Assembly: GCA_965113315.1 (NCBI GenBank)
Contig: OZ220364.1
Length of the DNA: 64,000 bases
Direction: 5' to 3' (one strand)
From: Podarcis vaucheri
Lineage: Eukaryota
A program made the translations under genes and the position numbers. Of the stretch, positions 63,420 through 64,000 are shown piece after piece. The notes beneath the pieces were generated by a model that saw only the letters and a list, made by a program, of their open reading frames with translations, made no database searches and was not told the DNA's origin. Numbering within the stretch: position 1 is the stretch's first letter; the number at the start of each line of letters is the position of its first letter.

Positions 63420-64000
63420 TGTGCAGAAGCAGCACAGAAGAGAGAAGGATGAAACCATTCGATCCAGGCTTTTCCAGTCCTTTATACAGAGCAGGGTGGG
63501 GGGAGTTCTTTTGCTGGAAAGAATAAGAATAAGGGCCCAAGCTGCTTAATTTATTTCCACATAAGCTTCCGATTCCATTCACAGGAGAAATCCTGTTGTA
63601 AGCAAAAGAGGTTCCTCCAAGGTTAATGGCTTTCCAAGGTGCTGCCTTCATTTCATGATAAACCAGCGCAGGCATAGTAGCGGCTGAGGTGGTGCTGTAC
63701 TGGCTTTCTGCTTCCAACCTTTGTCTCTTTCTCCCCCCACTCCTTTAAAAAACTGCTGTTTGAGAGAGCTCTGTGTGTGACAGAACTGCTAAGGCGCTGC
63801 TGACAGGACACCCAGGCAGCCAACGTTTTCCTAGGGCTGTGGCAGAAGAGCCATTCCCGCCTGGCAGCTGTTTAGTGAGGCTCCCTTCCTGGGAAGCTTC
63901 CTCTGCGTGCAAGGCCCTGTGGGAGACATCTGCACGCCTCACAGACAAGATGCCCCAATAGGTCCTTTGAAGCAGCTGGGGGCAAAGGCTGAAGAGAGCA

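Noticed and set aside
63176-63717. ORFs with CVCVCV/HTHTHT runs (also at 31.0 and 35.9 kb)
   Set aside because: Translations of dinucleotide microsatellites.

Overview
Vertebrate genomic DNA. It is most likely from a squamate, probably a lacertid lizard, inferred from the Sauria/Squam-type SINEs. The window holds the last six coding exons of a + strand monoglyceride lipase gene (MGLL): 1712-1818, 35588-35724, 40522-40632, 43359-43448, 50482-50697 and 52018-52143. All introns are GT-AG and phases are consistent. The exons splice into an uninterrupted 261-codon frame containing the GHSMG nucleophile motif, the catalytic Asp (HGSPDKLCD) and the catalytic His (YHALHKE). The 5' exons and promoter lie upstream of the window. 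The remainder is intron, probable 3' UTR and intergenic DNA rich in decayed L2 and CR1 LINEs, tRNA-derived SINEs, hAT and Tc1/pogo MITEs (several with readable target-site duplications) and microsatellites. Most of the ORF track is non-coding noise. I found no convincing new multi-gene system. The best leads are: altered cysteines in this MGLL; a weak last donor with a read-through/intronic-polyA option that removes the catalytic His; an intronic hairpin fully paired only on the sense strand; recurrent damage at the YADD palindrome of two L2 copies; a young telomere-motif MITE; an OC1-like hAT; and a Z-DNA/cruciform microsatellite. Repeat family names and human residue numbers come from recalled consensus sequences, not from searches.
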